Shown: piece by piece, positions 31,749-42,838 of the stretch
How the letters are laid out: the number at the start of each line of letters is the position of its first letter
How positions within the stretch are numbered: position 1 is the stretch's first letter
DNA from: an uncultured Gammaproteobacteria bacterium
GTDB lineage: Bacteria > Pseudomonadota > Gammaproteobacteria > CAWCPV01
Length of the DNA stretch: 64,000 bases
NCBI GenBank assembly: GCA_963797555.1
Contig: CAWCPV010000010.1
Span: 64,001 to 128,000 of the forward strand
Reading direction: 5' to 3'
Position numbers and translations under genes: made by a program
The notes under the pieces: model-generated
The model's input: only the letters and a program-made list of their open reading frames with translations
Told to the model about the DNA's origin: nothing
The model's database searches: none

Positions 31749-32269
31749 GGCGGGCATTGTACCAGACGCGCTTTCGGCGTCGGAGCCGGTGCGTTCGCGG
31801 GCGCGCCGGGCGCTGCTATAGACCCAGATCTGCCCAGAGGGCGTCGACGCGGGGTTTCACCTGCCAAATCATGCGGATGGGCGCGCCCACCGCCGCTCCG
31901 TCTCGCCGGGCCACTTGTTCGTCGCGTCGAGCCGATCTTCCCGCCCAGCCCCGACACGGACTCGTCGTCGGTGACGACGACGAGCTTGGTATACATGAAC
32001 TGACGCAGGGAGCTTCGGACCCGAAGATCAGCCGCTTGGCGTGCCCAGGATAGTGCTTGCGCATGCTGAGGCACGCGAGGCGGTATGGAAGGCTGTAGCA
32101 TACCGGCCAGACTCGGCCGTGGCGGGACCGCGGCTCTCTGGGCACTCTCTCGCCCAGTGTCGTTGCTGCGCAGCTATACTTGTGTGGCCTGTGGGTGCCA
32201 CTATCCGCTTCGCCGTGACCCTAGGCGCCAGGGTTGCCCCGGGGTTCGGCCGGCAGCACGAGCCGCTGA

Positions 32270-35200
32270 TTGACAGGTGATGCGAATTTGGAGCTTCGCG
32301 AGAACCGCGCCAACCGCCGCGCGCCCCTGATTTGGGCGGGTGTCGCCGCTGGGGTCGCCTTTTGGTTGGCGGACTCCGCAGTGGACGCCGCGTTGTTTGG
32401 TCACGCGACGTTTCTGCAGAGCCTGCTGGCCCCGGGAGCCCGCGAGCTGCACATGCGGCTCTTGGTGCTCGGGCTCGCAGTCGCGCTCGGCGCGCGCACA
32501 CGGGTGCTATGCGCCAGGGCGGCCGAGCCTGCGCAGACGGACCGATCCCGCGAAGTTCGATACGAGCGAATCCTGAACGCTGCGGGCGAGGGGCTGATCG
32601 CCCTCGGTCCCGACGGCAGCGTGGTGCTGGGAAATCCGGCTGCTGCCCGCCTGCTGGGCTATGCGCCCGGCGCCCTGCAGGGCATGCACCAGCACGAGAT
32701 CATCTGCGACCCCGGTGCCGCCAATCCCCGGCCCTCTCTCCACCAGCTCTGCACGGTGTGCCTGCCGCTGACGCGCGATGGCTCACCGGCGGTCGGAGAG
32801 GCCGAGCTGCGCCGGGCGGATGGCAGCGTGTTTCGCGCCGGCTTCGTGAGCACCCCGGTTCTGGACGGCGATCGGCTGGACGGCGCCGTGGTGTGCTTTC
32901 GAGAGCGCGCGGAACGGACGGTTACGGAGCGGCGCAGCGCGCGGCTGAACCGGCTGCTGGCGCTGGTCAGCGCAGTGAACAGGCTCATAGTGCGTGCCCG
33001 CGAGCGGCAGGGGCTGCTGGAAGCGGTATGTCGCAGCGCCGCCGATGCGGGGGGATTTGCGCTGGCGTGGGCCGGCCTAGTGGACCCTGAGAGCGGCGCC
33101 CTGAGACTCGGCCCGCATAGTGGCGGGGGCGACGCGGACGCGAGGGTCGCCCTCGTGCGGCAGTTCTTGGAGCAATCCAACGGTCCGCTGCAGCGCGTGA
33201 TCGGGGAAGGCGTGCGCGTCGTCTGCAACGACCCGCTGCGGGCGTTCCCCAATCCCCCCTGGGCACGACCGGCGCTGGAGGTCGACCTCAGATCGTGCGC
33301 ACTATTGCCGTTACGCTGCGGGCGGCGCCTGGTGGGGCTGCTCGCGCTGTATGCCGCGGAGGCGGACTACTTCGAAGAGGACGCGGTCGAGCTCTTGGAC
33401 GGGCTGGCCGAGGACGTTCTCGTTCGCGCTGCTGGCGATCGAGCAGGAAGAGCATCGCCAGCGTGCCGAAGAGGCGCTGGAGCAGTTGAGCCGCCAACAC
33501 GAGCGGATGCTGCGCGCCGCAGGCGAGGGGATCTTCGGCCTCGATGGTGAAGGCCACACCTCCTTTGCCAACCCGGCGGCAGCGCGCATGCTGGGTTACG
33601 AGGTGGCGGAGCTGCTCGGGCGCCCTCAGCATCAGCTGGTCCACCACACGCGGGCCGACGGCAGTCCCTATCCCCAGGAGGACTGCCCCATCTTCGGGGC
33701 GGTGACCGACGGGACGGTCCATCAGGGAGAAGACGAGGTTTTCTGGCGCAAGGACGGCACCAGCTTCCCCGTGGAGTACGTGAGCACGCCCACGGTGGAG
33801 GATGGGCGGCTCGTGGGAGCGGTGGTGGCATTCCGGGACATCACGGCGCGTCGCATGGCGGAGGAGGCGCTGCGCGAGAGCGAGGAGCTCTATCGGACCC
33901 TCGCGGAGGCGATGCGCGACCAGATCTTCATCATCGACCGCGCGGGCCAGGTCCGTTACGTCAACAGCTATGCCGCCACCCAGTTCGGCTGTGAGCCTGG
34001 GGATATCATCGGGAGGCGCCAGGCGGACCTCTTTCCGCCAGAGGTGGCCCAGAGCCACCAGATGAGCCTGCAGCGGGTATTCGACGGTGGGGAACCCATC
34101 TACGTGGAGGGCCGCAACGTGTTCCCCCGAGGAGAGGTCTGGCTGGGGACCTGGCTCGCGCCCATCCGTGACGGTCGGGGGCGCGTCGAGGCGGTGATGG
34201 GAGTGTCACGGGACATCACCGACCGCAAGCGGGCCGAAGAGCAACTATTGCACGATGCCTTCCACGACGCTCTCACGGACCTGCCCAACCGCGCACTGTT
34301 CATGGACCGGCTGGGCCGTGCGGTCGAACGCCTGAAACGTCATCGCGAGGGTTGCCTTGCGGTGCTGTTCCTGGACCTGGATGGCTTCAAGGTCATCAAC
34401 GACAGCCTCGGGCACGCCATCGGGGATCAGCTTCTGGTCGGAACAGCGCGCCGTCTGCAGGCCTGCCTGCGCACCGAGGATACCGTGGCGCGTCTCGGTG
34501 GCGACGAGTTCGCAGTGCTGCTGGACGACATGCGGCACATCACCGAGGCGACGCGTGTGAGCGAGCGTATCCAGAAGGAACTGGGTCACCCTTTCGTAAT
34601 CAGCGGGCACGAGGTGTTCGCGCCCGCCAGCATCGGAATCGCGATGAGCGCGACCGGGGACGAGTCCCCCGAGGACTTGCTGCGCGATGCGGATACCGCC
34701 ATGTATCGGGCCAAGGCGCTGGGGAAGGGGCGCTATGAGGTGTTCGACCCGGCCATGCACCTTCGTGCCGTGACCCGGTTGCAGGTCGAGACCGACCTGC
34801 GGAGGGCGGTGGAGCGCGAAGAGTTCCGGCTTCACTATCAGCCCATCATCGCGCTCGATGGCGGACACGTGTTCGCGGTCGAGGCTCTGGTGCGCTGGCA
34901 GCATCCCACGCGCGGCCTGGTGCCTCCGCTGGAGTTCATCCCGGTGGCGGAGGAGACGGGGCTCATCGTGCCGCTGGGTGAGTGGGTGCTGCGCGAGGCT
35001 TGCCGACAGATGTGGCGTTGGGAGCAGGAGCTGGGTGCCTTGGCCCCCCACATGATGAGCGTGAACCTCTCGAGCAAGCAGTTCATGCAGCATGACCTCA
35101 TCGACAAGGTCAAGGGAATCCTCGGCGAGACCGGCATGGACCCTCAGCGGCTGGGTCTGGAGCTGACCGAGAGCGTGGTCATGGAGAACGCGGACTCGAC

Positions 35201-35555
35201 CACGGTCATGCTCACTCAGCTCACCGAGCTGCACATCCACCTGTCCATCGACGACTTCGGCACCGGCTACTCGTCGCTCAGCTACCTGCACCGCTTCCCC
35301 ATCGAAACTCTCAAGATCGACCGCTCGTTCATTACGCGCATGGGCACCCAGGGCGAGAATTTGGAGATCGTTCGCACCATCCTCACCCTGGCCCACAGCC
35401 TGGGTATGACCGTGGTGGCCGAGGGCGTGGAGACCGCGGAGCAGCTCAGGCAGCTCAAGGACCTCGGCTGCGAGTACGCGCAGGGCTATCTGTTCTCTCG
35501 TCCGGTGGACGGCGACGCTGCGGCGGTCTTGATCAAGGGCGGTCCCCGGTGGTGA
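32270..35555 (+). CDS. Membrane-anchored PAS-GAF-PAS-PAS-GGDEF-EAL protein (about 1094 aa); one extra base near 33418
   Basis: Two N-terminal TM helices, PAS repeats, GAF (LAWAGLVD...LYAAEADYF), HDALTDLPNR, RLGGDEF, EALVRW, DDFGTGYSSL, VAEGVE, QGYLFS. Frames join as AEDV-SFALLAIE. Confidence 0.9.
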
Positions 35556-35574
35556 ATAGCGGGTGCGTCGAGCG

Positions 35575-36123
35575 ATGGAGCCCAGACTTCTGAAGATCGC
35601 GCGGCTCGGTCACCCGGCCCTCCGGCGGGCGGCCGACCCGGTCCTGGCGGAAGACCTCGGGTCGAGACCGGTGCAGGAGCTGATCGATGACATGGTAGAG
35701 ACCATGCGCGACGCAGACGGCGTGGGTATCGCCGCTCCCCAGGTGCACGTGTCCAGGCGGATCATCGTGATCGAGGTCAGTCCAGCCAGTGCGCGCTATC
35801 CGGGACAGGCGGCGGTGCCGCTCACCATCATAGTCAATCCGCACATCGTGTCTCATTCCCAGGAGCTGGAAGAGGGCTGGGAAGGTTGCCTCAGCGTCCC
35901 GGATCTGCGCGGCCGTGTGCCTCGCTGGTCAGCCGTGGAGGTGCAAGGCGTGGATCGCCGCGGTACCCCGCTGCGGCTGCAAGCTCGGGGATTCTTGGCC
36001 CGGGTCATACAGCACGAAGTGGATCACCTGGACGGTCGCCTCTACCTCGACCGGCTCCCCGACCTCAGCAGCCTGACCCATCTGCGGGAGTTCCAACGCT
36101 ATTGGGCGGAGCCGCCGGATTGA
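35575..36123 (+). CDS. def: Peptide deformylase (copy not linked to fmt)
   Basis: GVGIAAPQ, EGCLS, QHEVDHL. Confidence 0.95.
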   Translation: MEPRLLKIARLGHPALRRAADPVLAEDLGSRPVQELIDDMVETMRDADGVGIAAPQVHVSRRIIVIEVSPASARYPGQAAVPLTIIVNPHIVSHSQELEEGWEGCLSVPDLRGRVPRWSAVEVQGVDRRGTPLRLQARGFLARVIQHEVDHLDGRLYLDRLPDLSSLTHLREFQRYWAEPPD

Positions 36124-36169
36124 AGCACTCCGCTCGGGATCTGTCCACAGGCAGGCATTCGGCGCCGCT

Positions 36170-37954
36170 ATGAGCATACAAACTATCCGCGATGCTACCG
36201 GGCTCGATCTGGACAGGCCCGTGCAGTTGGACGAGCGCATCTGGTGGGTCGGCCACTATCAGGAGAACGATGTCTTCCAATGCCACGTTTATCTCATCGA
36301 GCAGGGTGATCAGTCGGTCCTGCTCGACCCAGGGTCCCGGCTGACATTCCGGCACACCCTGGGCAAAGTCGAGCAGATCATCCCGTTCAGTCACATCCGC
36401 TACTTCGTCTGTCATCACCAGGACCCGGACATCACCGCCGCGCTGCCTCTCATCGACGAGATGGTGAGTCGGGACGATGCCGTGCTGGTCACCCACTGGC
36501 GCGCACGCATGCTGCTCAAGCATTACGGGTTGCGCTTGCCTTTCTGGCTGGTGGAAGAGCACGAGTGGGAGCTGCCTCTGCAGGATCGGCTGCTGCGCTT
36601 CATCTTCACGCCGTATGCCCATTTCCCCGGGGCCTTCTGCACCTTCGATACTGCGTCGCAGATCCTCTTCTCGAGCGACCTGTTCGGCGGTCTGACAGAG
36701 GAGTTCTCCCTGGTGGCCAAGGATGAGGGGTACTTCGACGCCCTGCGTCTGTTCCACGAGCACTATATGCCGAGCCGGGACATCCTGGGCTACGCCCTGG
36801 CGAAGATCCAGGAACATCCGGTACGGCTCATCGCTCCCCAGCACGGCTCCATCCTGACCGGCTCCCTGGTGGGTCAGATGATCGACAGGCTGAAGGGCCT
36901 GGAGTGCGGGTTGTACCTGATGGCCAGAGGCAGCACGGACATCCACCGCCTGTCGCAGATCAACCGCGCCCTGCGCGAGATCACCGAGGCCATGATGCTG
37001 TATCGGGACTTCAGCGATATCGCCGAGCGGCTGCTGCACATCGCGCAACGGTCTCTCCCCGCCGAGGGGCTGGAGTTCTACCTGCGTCTGGACGACGGCA
37101 GTCTGCTGCATCTGGCCCCTGAGAGCGGCTACCGGGGCTTGCCTGCGACCCCCGATGCGGCGGTCGCGGAGATCCTCGTCGCCGATCGGACCAGATGGTT
37201 GGAGGCTCACCCCGGAGGCATCAGCCAAATCAATGCTGCCGGGCCCGACAGCGACGCCCGATGGCAACTGCGTTTCCCGCTCTTCGGCCCTGCCCAGAGC
37301 ACGGTGCGCGGCCTTGCCATCCTGCGCCTCAGGGAGGCGGTGCCGCCCGGCGATGACTTCCTGCAGGTGGTGGACCAGATGCAGGTCCCGCTCCAGATGG
37401 CGGTGGAGCGAGAGGCCATGTACCGGCTCATGGACATGGAGCGCCAGCGCTTCTACGAGACCTCCATTCGGGACCCCCTGACCGGGCTGTTTACCCGCTT
37501 CTACATGCACGACGTGGTGCAGCGGCTGTGCAGCCTTCAGGACCGTGACCCGAACGCCACGCTCGGCGTCGCTATGACCGATGTCGACCATTTCAAGCGC
37601 GTCAACGACCGCTACGGCCACCACCAGGGCGATGAAGTGCTGCGCGCTGTGGCCCGCATTCTGAGGGAGCGGGCACGGGGCAGCGACCTGGCGGTGCGCT
37701 TGGGGGGTGAAGAGTTCGCCATCTTCGTCGTGGGCGAGTCGGCGCCGAGGATTGGCGAGCTGAGCGAGCGCATACGCCATCAGGTCGCGGGCCTGCGGCT
37801 CGACGGGCCGATGGCCGATAAGAGCGTGACCGTCAGCGTCGGGACTGCCCTGAGGCGCCGGGGCGAGCCACTCGCCGCTTTCATGGAGCGGGCCGACGCC
37901 GCCCTGTATGAGGCCAAACGGGCCGGCCGCAACCGCGTCTGCGCGGCGCCGTGA
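36170..37954 (+). CDS. Metallo-beta-lactamase-fold (ODP-like di-iron) sensor fused to a diguanylate cyclase
   Basis: HHQDPDI, YAHFPG, FSSDLFG, APQHG; GAF-like linker; RDPLTGL, DVDHFKRVND, RGSD I-site, GGEEF. Confidence 0.88.
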   Translation: MSIQTIRDATGLDLDRPVQLDERIWWVGHYQENDVFQCHVYLIEQGDQSVLLDPGSRLTFRHTLGKVEQIIPFSHIRYFVCHHQDPDITAALPLIDEMVSRDDAVLVTHWRARMLLKHYGLRLPFWLVEEHEWELPLQDRLLRFIFTPYAHFPGAFCTFDTASQILFSSDLFGGLTEEFSLVAKDEGYFDALRLFHEHYMPSRDILGYALAKIQEHPVRLIAPQHGSILTGSLVGQMIDRLKGLECGLYLMARGSTDIHRLSQINRALREITEAMMLYRDFSDIAERLLHIAQRSLPAEGLEFYLRLDDGSLLHLAPESGYRGLPATPDAAVAEILVADRTRWLEAHPGGISQINAAGPDSDARWQLRFPLFGPAQSTVRGLAILRLREAVPPGDDFLQVVDQMQVPLQMAVEREAMYRLMDMERQRFYETSIRDPLTGLFTRFYMHDVVQRLCSLQDRDPNATLGVAMTDVDHFKRVNDRYGHHQGDEVLRAVARILRERARGSDLAVRLGGEEFAIFVVGESAPRIGELSERIRHQVAGLRLDGPMADKSVTVSVGTALRRRGEPLAAFMERADAALYEAKRAGRNRVCAAP

Positions 37955-38448
37955 GCGCAGCCCGCCATGGCAGCTCGACCTCGATCCACGCGCGGTCCGG
38001 CGTGTGGGTCCGGCTCCTCGATGTTTCCACTGGCGGCGATGCGGTGCAGATCCGGTAAGAGGGGTGCGGTTGTCGGGGATGTCGGGCTGCGGGCACCGCC
38101 GCGCCGCCCGGGCACACACGGCCTTCCTGCGTACCATCCGAATCCACAGCACTGTTCCCGGAGAGGCCCGCCCGGCCGGCTACCGTGGGCGGCGGAGAGA
38201 GGGCGGCGCCGCGATCTCGTGTAACATAGAGCCATAAGCGTCGCTATCCGATGCGACGCACGGGATGCGGTGTCGCTCCCGATCGCTGTGCCGGCGCACC
38301 TCTCGTAGCCACTGCCATAGTCGCCCCATGAGGACTGGAATGCCAATGCCGCCTGTCGAGGGCGGCTGCGGATCTCGCCGTCGGCAACCGCGCCGCCCCG
38401 TCTGAGCCTCGAGGAATTCTGGGCGTAAAGGATTCACCACCAGACCGC

Positions 38449-40794
38449 ATGTCGGGCAGCAGACCTAAACCCCGCAAAGCAGAGCCTGGGCGACGCCGGA
38501 GACGGCGTGGTCGACGTGTCGGCGTGACGCTGTGGCTGCTGCTGGTGGGCGTGGTGCTCGTGGTGGCGGCCGGCGGATACGTGTGGGAGCTGGACCGCGA
38601 GATCCGCGCTCAGTTCGAGGGCAAGCGATGGGCATTGCCCACGCGGGTCTATGCCCGGCCTCTGGAGATCTACGCCGGGGCGCGGCTGACTCCGGAACAG
38701 TTCGCGGCGGAGCTGGACGGGCTGCGCTACCGCAGTACCCCGCGGGTCGAGGAGCCCGGCACGTTCAGCCGCAAGGGCAGCGCGTTCGATGTTGCCACGC
38801 GCCCGTTCACGTTTTGGGACGGCAGGGAGCCGGTGCATCGCGTCCACGTAGACTTCACCCGCGATCGCCTGGCGGATCTGCAGAGCCTGGACGGGTCCGG
38901 GGAGGTGGGTCTGGTGCGCCTGGACCCCATGTTCATCGCCGGCATCTACCCCGCCCGCAACGAGGACCGCATCCTCCTGAAGCGCCAAGAGCTGCCGCCG
39001 CTCCTGGTGGATACCTTGCTCGCCGCGGAGGACCGGAAGTTCTACAAGCACTCCGGCATCGATCCCCGGGGGGTCCTGCGGGCCATCCTCGCCAACCTGC
39101 GGGCCGGCAGGACGGTGCAAGGGGGCAGCACCCTGACGCAGCAGCTCGTCAAGAACTACTTCCTCACCAACGAGCGCACCCTGACCCGCAAGATCAACGA
39201 GATGATCATGGCCACGCTGCTGGAGCTGCACTATAGCAAAGACGAGATCCTCGAAGCGTACGCCAACGAAGTCTATCTGGGTCAGGACGGTCAGCGGGCC
39301 ATCCACGGCTTCGGACTGGCGAGCCGCTTCTATTTCGACCGCTCGTTGAGTGAGCTTAAGGTGAACCATGTCGCACTGCTGGTCGGGTTGGTGCGAGGAC
39401 CGTCGTATTACGATCCGCGGCGCCACCCGGACCGCGCCCGGCAGCGTCGGCGTCTGATCCTGGAGGTCATGCTAGAACGCGGGCTCATCAGCCGGGAGGA
39501 CGCCGAGCGGGCCAATCGCGAGCCGCTCGATGTATCGCCCAAACCACTGAGCGGGGTCACCGGATATCCGGCCTTCCTGGATCTCGTGCGGCGCCAACTA
39601 CACCGCGATTACCGCGAGGAAGACCTGCAATCCGAGGGCCTGCAGGTCTTTACGACTCTGGACCCGCGCATACAATCCGCGGTCGAGAAGGCCATTCAGG
39701 CGGAGCTGCCGTCCCTCGAACGGCGGGCGCGTCTCAAGCCGGACTCCCTGCAAGCCTGTGCGGTCTTTACGGATACGCAAGGGGGCGAAGTGCTGGCGCT
39801 GGTGGGTGGCCGGGACGGCGAGCTGGCCGGCTTCAATCGGGCGCTGGACGCGCGCCGCCCGATCGGCTCGCTGGTCAAGCCGGCAATCTACCTGACGGCG
39901 CTCGAACGGCCCTCCCGATACACCCTCGCTACTCCGCTGGAGGACGCCCCCCTGACCTACACGGCGAGCAACGGTCAGCAGTGGTCCCCCGAGAACTACG
40001 ACCGCCGCTTCCATGGCACGGTCCTTCTGGAGGATGCCCTGGCGAACTCCTACAATGTTCCCACGGTGCGCCTGGGTCTGGATCTCGGGGTACCGGATGT
40101 GGTCAAGACACTGCACAGACTGGGGGTGGAAGGTGACCTGAATCCTTACCCCTCGCTTCTACTCGGAGCCATCGAGCTGACACCGCTCGAGGTCGCGACG
40201 ATGTACGAGACGATCGCGAGCGGCGGGTATCGAACGCCGTTGCGTGCCATCCGCGAAGTGACCGCCGCGGATGGGACACCCTTGTCCCGCTATCCTCTGA
40301 CCGTCACTACGGCGATTCAGCCGGGTCCGGCCTATCTTCTGACACGCGCGCTGCAGTCCGTGGTCACCGAAGGGACTGCTCGGGCCCTTGCCCAGAAGGT
40401 GCCGGCCGATTGGCATGTAGCGGGAAAGACGGGGACCACCGACGAGCTACGGGATAGCTGGTTCGCGGGCTTTGCCGGTGACGTCTTGGGTGTCCTCTGG
40501 GTGGGGCAGGACGACGATTCCCCGACCGGGCTGAGCGGTGCAACCGGTGCACTGCGTCTTTGGGCGGACAGCGTACGGGGGTTGAACCTGGCTCCGCTGG
40601 AGCCGGTACCGCCCAGCGCGGTGGAGCGGGTGCTGATCGATGCGGATACCGGTTTGCGGGCCGATAATACCTGCCTTGGAGCCAGGGTCATGCCGTTCCT
40701 GGTCGGCACCGCCCCGCAGCGCTCGGCGCCGTGCGTAACCCCGTGGCGCGCCACGGGCACGTTTGGCCACGGGTCCTCCAGGGAAATGTTTTGA
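38449..40794 (+). CDS. mrcB: Penicillin-binding protein 1B
   Basis: TM anchor, UB2H region, EDRKF, QGGSTLTQQLVKN, RKINE, SLVK, SYN, KTGTT. Confidence 0.95.
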   Translation: MSGSRPKPRKAEPGRRRRRRGRRVGVTLWLLLVGVVLVVAAGGYVWELDREIRAQFEGKRWALPTRVYARPLEIYAGARLTPEQFAAELDGLRYRSTPRVEEPGTFSRKGSAFDVATRPFTFWDGREPVHRVHVDFTRDRLADLQSLDGSGEVGLVRLDPMFIAGIYPARNEDRILLKRQELPPLLVDTLLAAEDRKFYKHSGIDPRGVLRAILANLRAGRTVQGGSTLTQQLVKNYFLTNERTLTRKINEMIMATLLELHYSKDEILEAYANEVYLGQDGQRAIHGFGLASRFYFDRSLSELKVNHVALLVGLVRGPSYYDPRRHPDRARQRRRLILEVMLERGLISREDAERANREPLDVSPKPLSGVTGYPAFLDLVRRQLHRDYREEDLQSEGLQVFTTLDPRIQSAVEKAIQAELPSLERRARLKPDSLQACAVFTDTQGGEVLALVGGRDGELAGFNRALDARRPIGSLVKPAIYLTALERPSRYTLATPLEDAPLTYTASNGQQWSPENYDRRFHGTVLLEDALANSYNVPTVRLGLDLGVPDVVKTLHRLGVEGDLNPYPSLLLGAIELTPLEVATMYETIASGGYRTPLRAIREVTAADGTPLSRYPLTVTTAIQPGPAYLLTRALQSVVTEGTARALAQKVPADWHVAGKTGTTDELRDSWFAGFAGDVLGVLWVGQDDDSPTGLSGATGALRLWADSVRGLNLAPLEPVPPSAVERVLIDADTGLRADNTCLGARVMPFLVGTAPQRSAPCVTPWRATGTFGHGSSREMF

Positions 40795-40806
40795 CAGGAG
40801 TTGGGG

Positions 40807-41469
40807 ATGACCACACCTAGACCATGGCCCGCGCGGCTTGCTGGAGCGTTTCTTGTGCTGGCCGGACTCGGCGGATGTGCCGTCGGGCCAGCGGGCCGCC
40901 CCGCCCCGGTCGAGGATCGCACGGCCGTCGCCCGACCGCTCCCGGCTCCGCCGCCCCGGCCGACCGTGGAAGTCCGCCCCTTGCCGCCGGAGGAGCCCAT
41001 CCGCATGGCGCCGGGAGCAGAACCAGGGCGTTTCCAGGAACGTCCTCTACCGGCGCCCGAGCCCGGCATGGTCCCGAGCGAGACACCCCCGGCTGAGCCG
41101 CGTCCGGCGCTGGCCGCCCAGGACCGCCCAGCCAATCCTGCGGTGCTGGCCCTCATCGACAACGCCGGGCGCTACGTGGGCGCTGGCGAGCTGGAGAAGG
41201 CGGCGGCGGCTTACGAGCGGGCGCTGCGGATCGACCCCCACAACGCCGGGATATGGCACGATCTCGCGGTGATCCGCTTCCAGCAACGGCATTACCAACA
41301 GGCCGAGGCGCTGGCCGGCAAGTCCAACGGACTCGCTGCTCGCGCCGATAGTGGGTTGCGTGCACAGAACTGGCGCCTGATTGCCCAGGCGCGCCGGGCT
41401 ACCGGAGATCAGGCGGGAGCCGACGCGGCCGACGCGCAGGCGGTGACGCTGGAGCGGCCCGCGCCGTGA
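40807..41469 (+). CDS. TPR lipoprotein, probable PBP1b activator (LpoP-like)
   Basis: Lipobox LGGC, Pro-rich linker, TPR (YERALRIDPHN); directly after mrcB. Confidence 0.8.
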   Translation: MTTPRPWPARLAGAFLVLAGLGGCAVGPAGRPAPVEDRTAVARPLPAPPPRPTVEVRPLPPEEPIRMAPGAEPGRFQERPLPAPEPGMVPSETPPAEPRPALAAQDRPANPAVLALIDNAGRYVGAGELEKAAAAYERALRIDPHNAGIWHDLAVIRFQQRHYQQAEALAGKSNGLAARADSGLRAQNWRLIAQARRATGDQAGADAADAQAVTLERPAP

Positions 41470-41863
41470 TGGCGGAATGGCCGTAAGCATGCCCCGACTC
41501 AGCGGCCGCCCGCCGTCCCGTACTCGGCCAAGGGTCTGAGAGCTTGTCACGAAGTCGTCGCGAGCGGCCTTCGAGCGAGGCGCTGGGAGCGCAGCGACAA
41601 GACGTGGCGAGTAGACAGGTGCGGCGTCCCGGCACATCCGCTGCTGAGGTGTCGTCGCCGCCGCAACCGAGGTGCCGGCGCAACGCGCGCAGCATCGTGC
41701 GGGAAGCCGCCTCATCTGGTCACCCGGCGGGTTCTTTGAGATGAGCGGTGGGCGCGGCGGCAGACAGCGCGCCGCTTGGTGCCCTGGGGATCGCAGGTTT
41801 CGCCGCTCCAAGGGTTGTGCCAAACTAGGGCCGCTCAAGCACCCCGTCACACGGAAGAACCCT

Positions 41864-42136
41864 ATGGCAAACAATAAAGTCTGGCTGATGGCGTTGACGC
41901 TGTTCGGTTACGGCATTGCTGCGGACGCTCAGCCCTTCGTGTTCGGAGAGGACGTTTACTGCAGCCCCTTCGATCCCACCGTCTGCAAGAAGGGGGATCT
42001 GATCGTCGTCCCGGTTTCCCGGGAGGTCATCAGGTATTGCGAGATCGACAAGCCGCTGGCGGTGACCGTGGCCCCCAACAGCCGGGTGATCTGCCGCTAC
42101 GTCGGCTCGGAACGCACCAATCGGGTGAAACGGTAG
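41864..42136 (+). CDS. Small secreted four-cysteine protein of unknown function (90 aa)
   Basis: MANNKVWLMALTLFGYGIAADA signal peptide, then four Cys; codon usage looks coding. Confidence 0.7.
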   Translation: MANNKVWLMALTLFGYGIAADAQPFVFGEDVYCSPFDPTVCKKGDLIVVPVSREVIRYCEIDKPLAVTVAPNSRVICRYVGSERTNRVKR

Positions 42137-42391
42137 CACCGGTCGGCTGCGGCCCGGCTGAAGGCCGGTGGTTTTGCCAAGGGGGCGGATCGCGCGATGG
42201 TGCGTCCGTGCCAAGCGAGTCGGCGAGCACACGCAGGCGCATGGTGCTGCCGCCGCGATACGTTCAGGGGAGCGCCGGGGACGACGCGGGATAGGGAAGA
42301 TTCGGTTCCAGGCCGCGGCCCGAACTCTCGGGGCGGCACTGCCATGAGAACGCTGCGTATGCGCCGAAGGACGAGTGCTTTGGGCGGTGAG

Positions 42392-42826
42392 GTGCGAGTG
42401 CGTTCCGGGAGTGTAGTTGTGATGCACCTGGCGCTACGCCTCGAAGACGGTACCGAGGTGGAGGACACCTTCGGCGGGGAACCCTTGCGCTTCGTCGTGG
42501 GGGATGGCACCCTCGCGCCCGAGCTGGAACGGCTGATCCTAGGGTTGGAAGAGGGCTCCCACCGGCGTTTGACGCTCTCCCCGGAACACGCATTCGGCTC
42601 TCCCGACCCAGGCAATGTCCACCTCCTGCCCCGTACCGACTTCCCGTCCAATATGGGTCTCTCGCGGGGCATGCTCATCGGGTTCGAGACCCCGGCGGGC
42701 AGGGAGATCCCCGGCCGTATCGAAGCGCTGTTCGCCGACGCAGTGGCGGTGGACTTCAACCACCCGCTGGCCGGCCGGCGCTTCACCTTCGAGGTGCAGG
42801 TGCTTTCCGTGTCGGTTGCCGCTTAG
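42392..42826 (+). CDS. FKBP-type peptidyl-prolyl isomerase (FkpB/SlpA-like)
   Basis: LEDGTEV, FVVGDGTL, AFG, VDFNHPLAG; start approximate. Confidence 0.88.
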   Translation: MRVRSGSVVVMHLALRLEDGTEVEDTFGGEPLRFVVGDGTLAPELERLILGLEEGSHRRLTLSPEHAFGSPDPGNVHLLPRTDFPSNMGLSRGMLIGFETPAGREIPGRIEALFADAVAVDFNHPLAGRRFTFEVQVLSVSVAA

Positions 42827-42838
42827 CCGGACAGACCT

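Noticed and set aside
31749-32269. LexA box upstream of uvrD
   Set aside because: No CTGT-N8-ACAG match was seen.
41538-41620. Segment reminiscent of the left half of a MITE/REP-like repeat
   Set aside because: No matching inverted end, target duplication or second copy in the window; the resemblance is from memory only.
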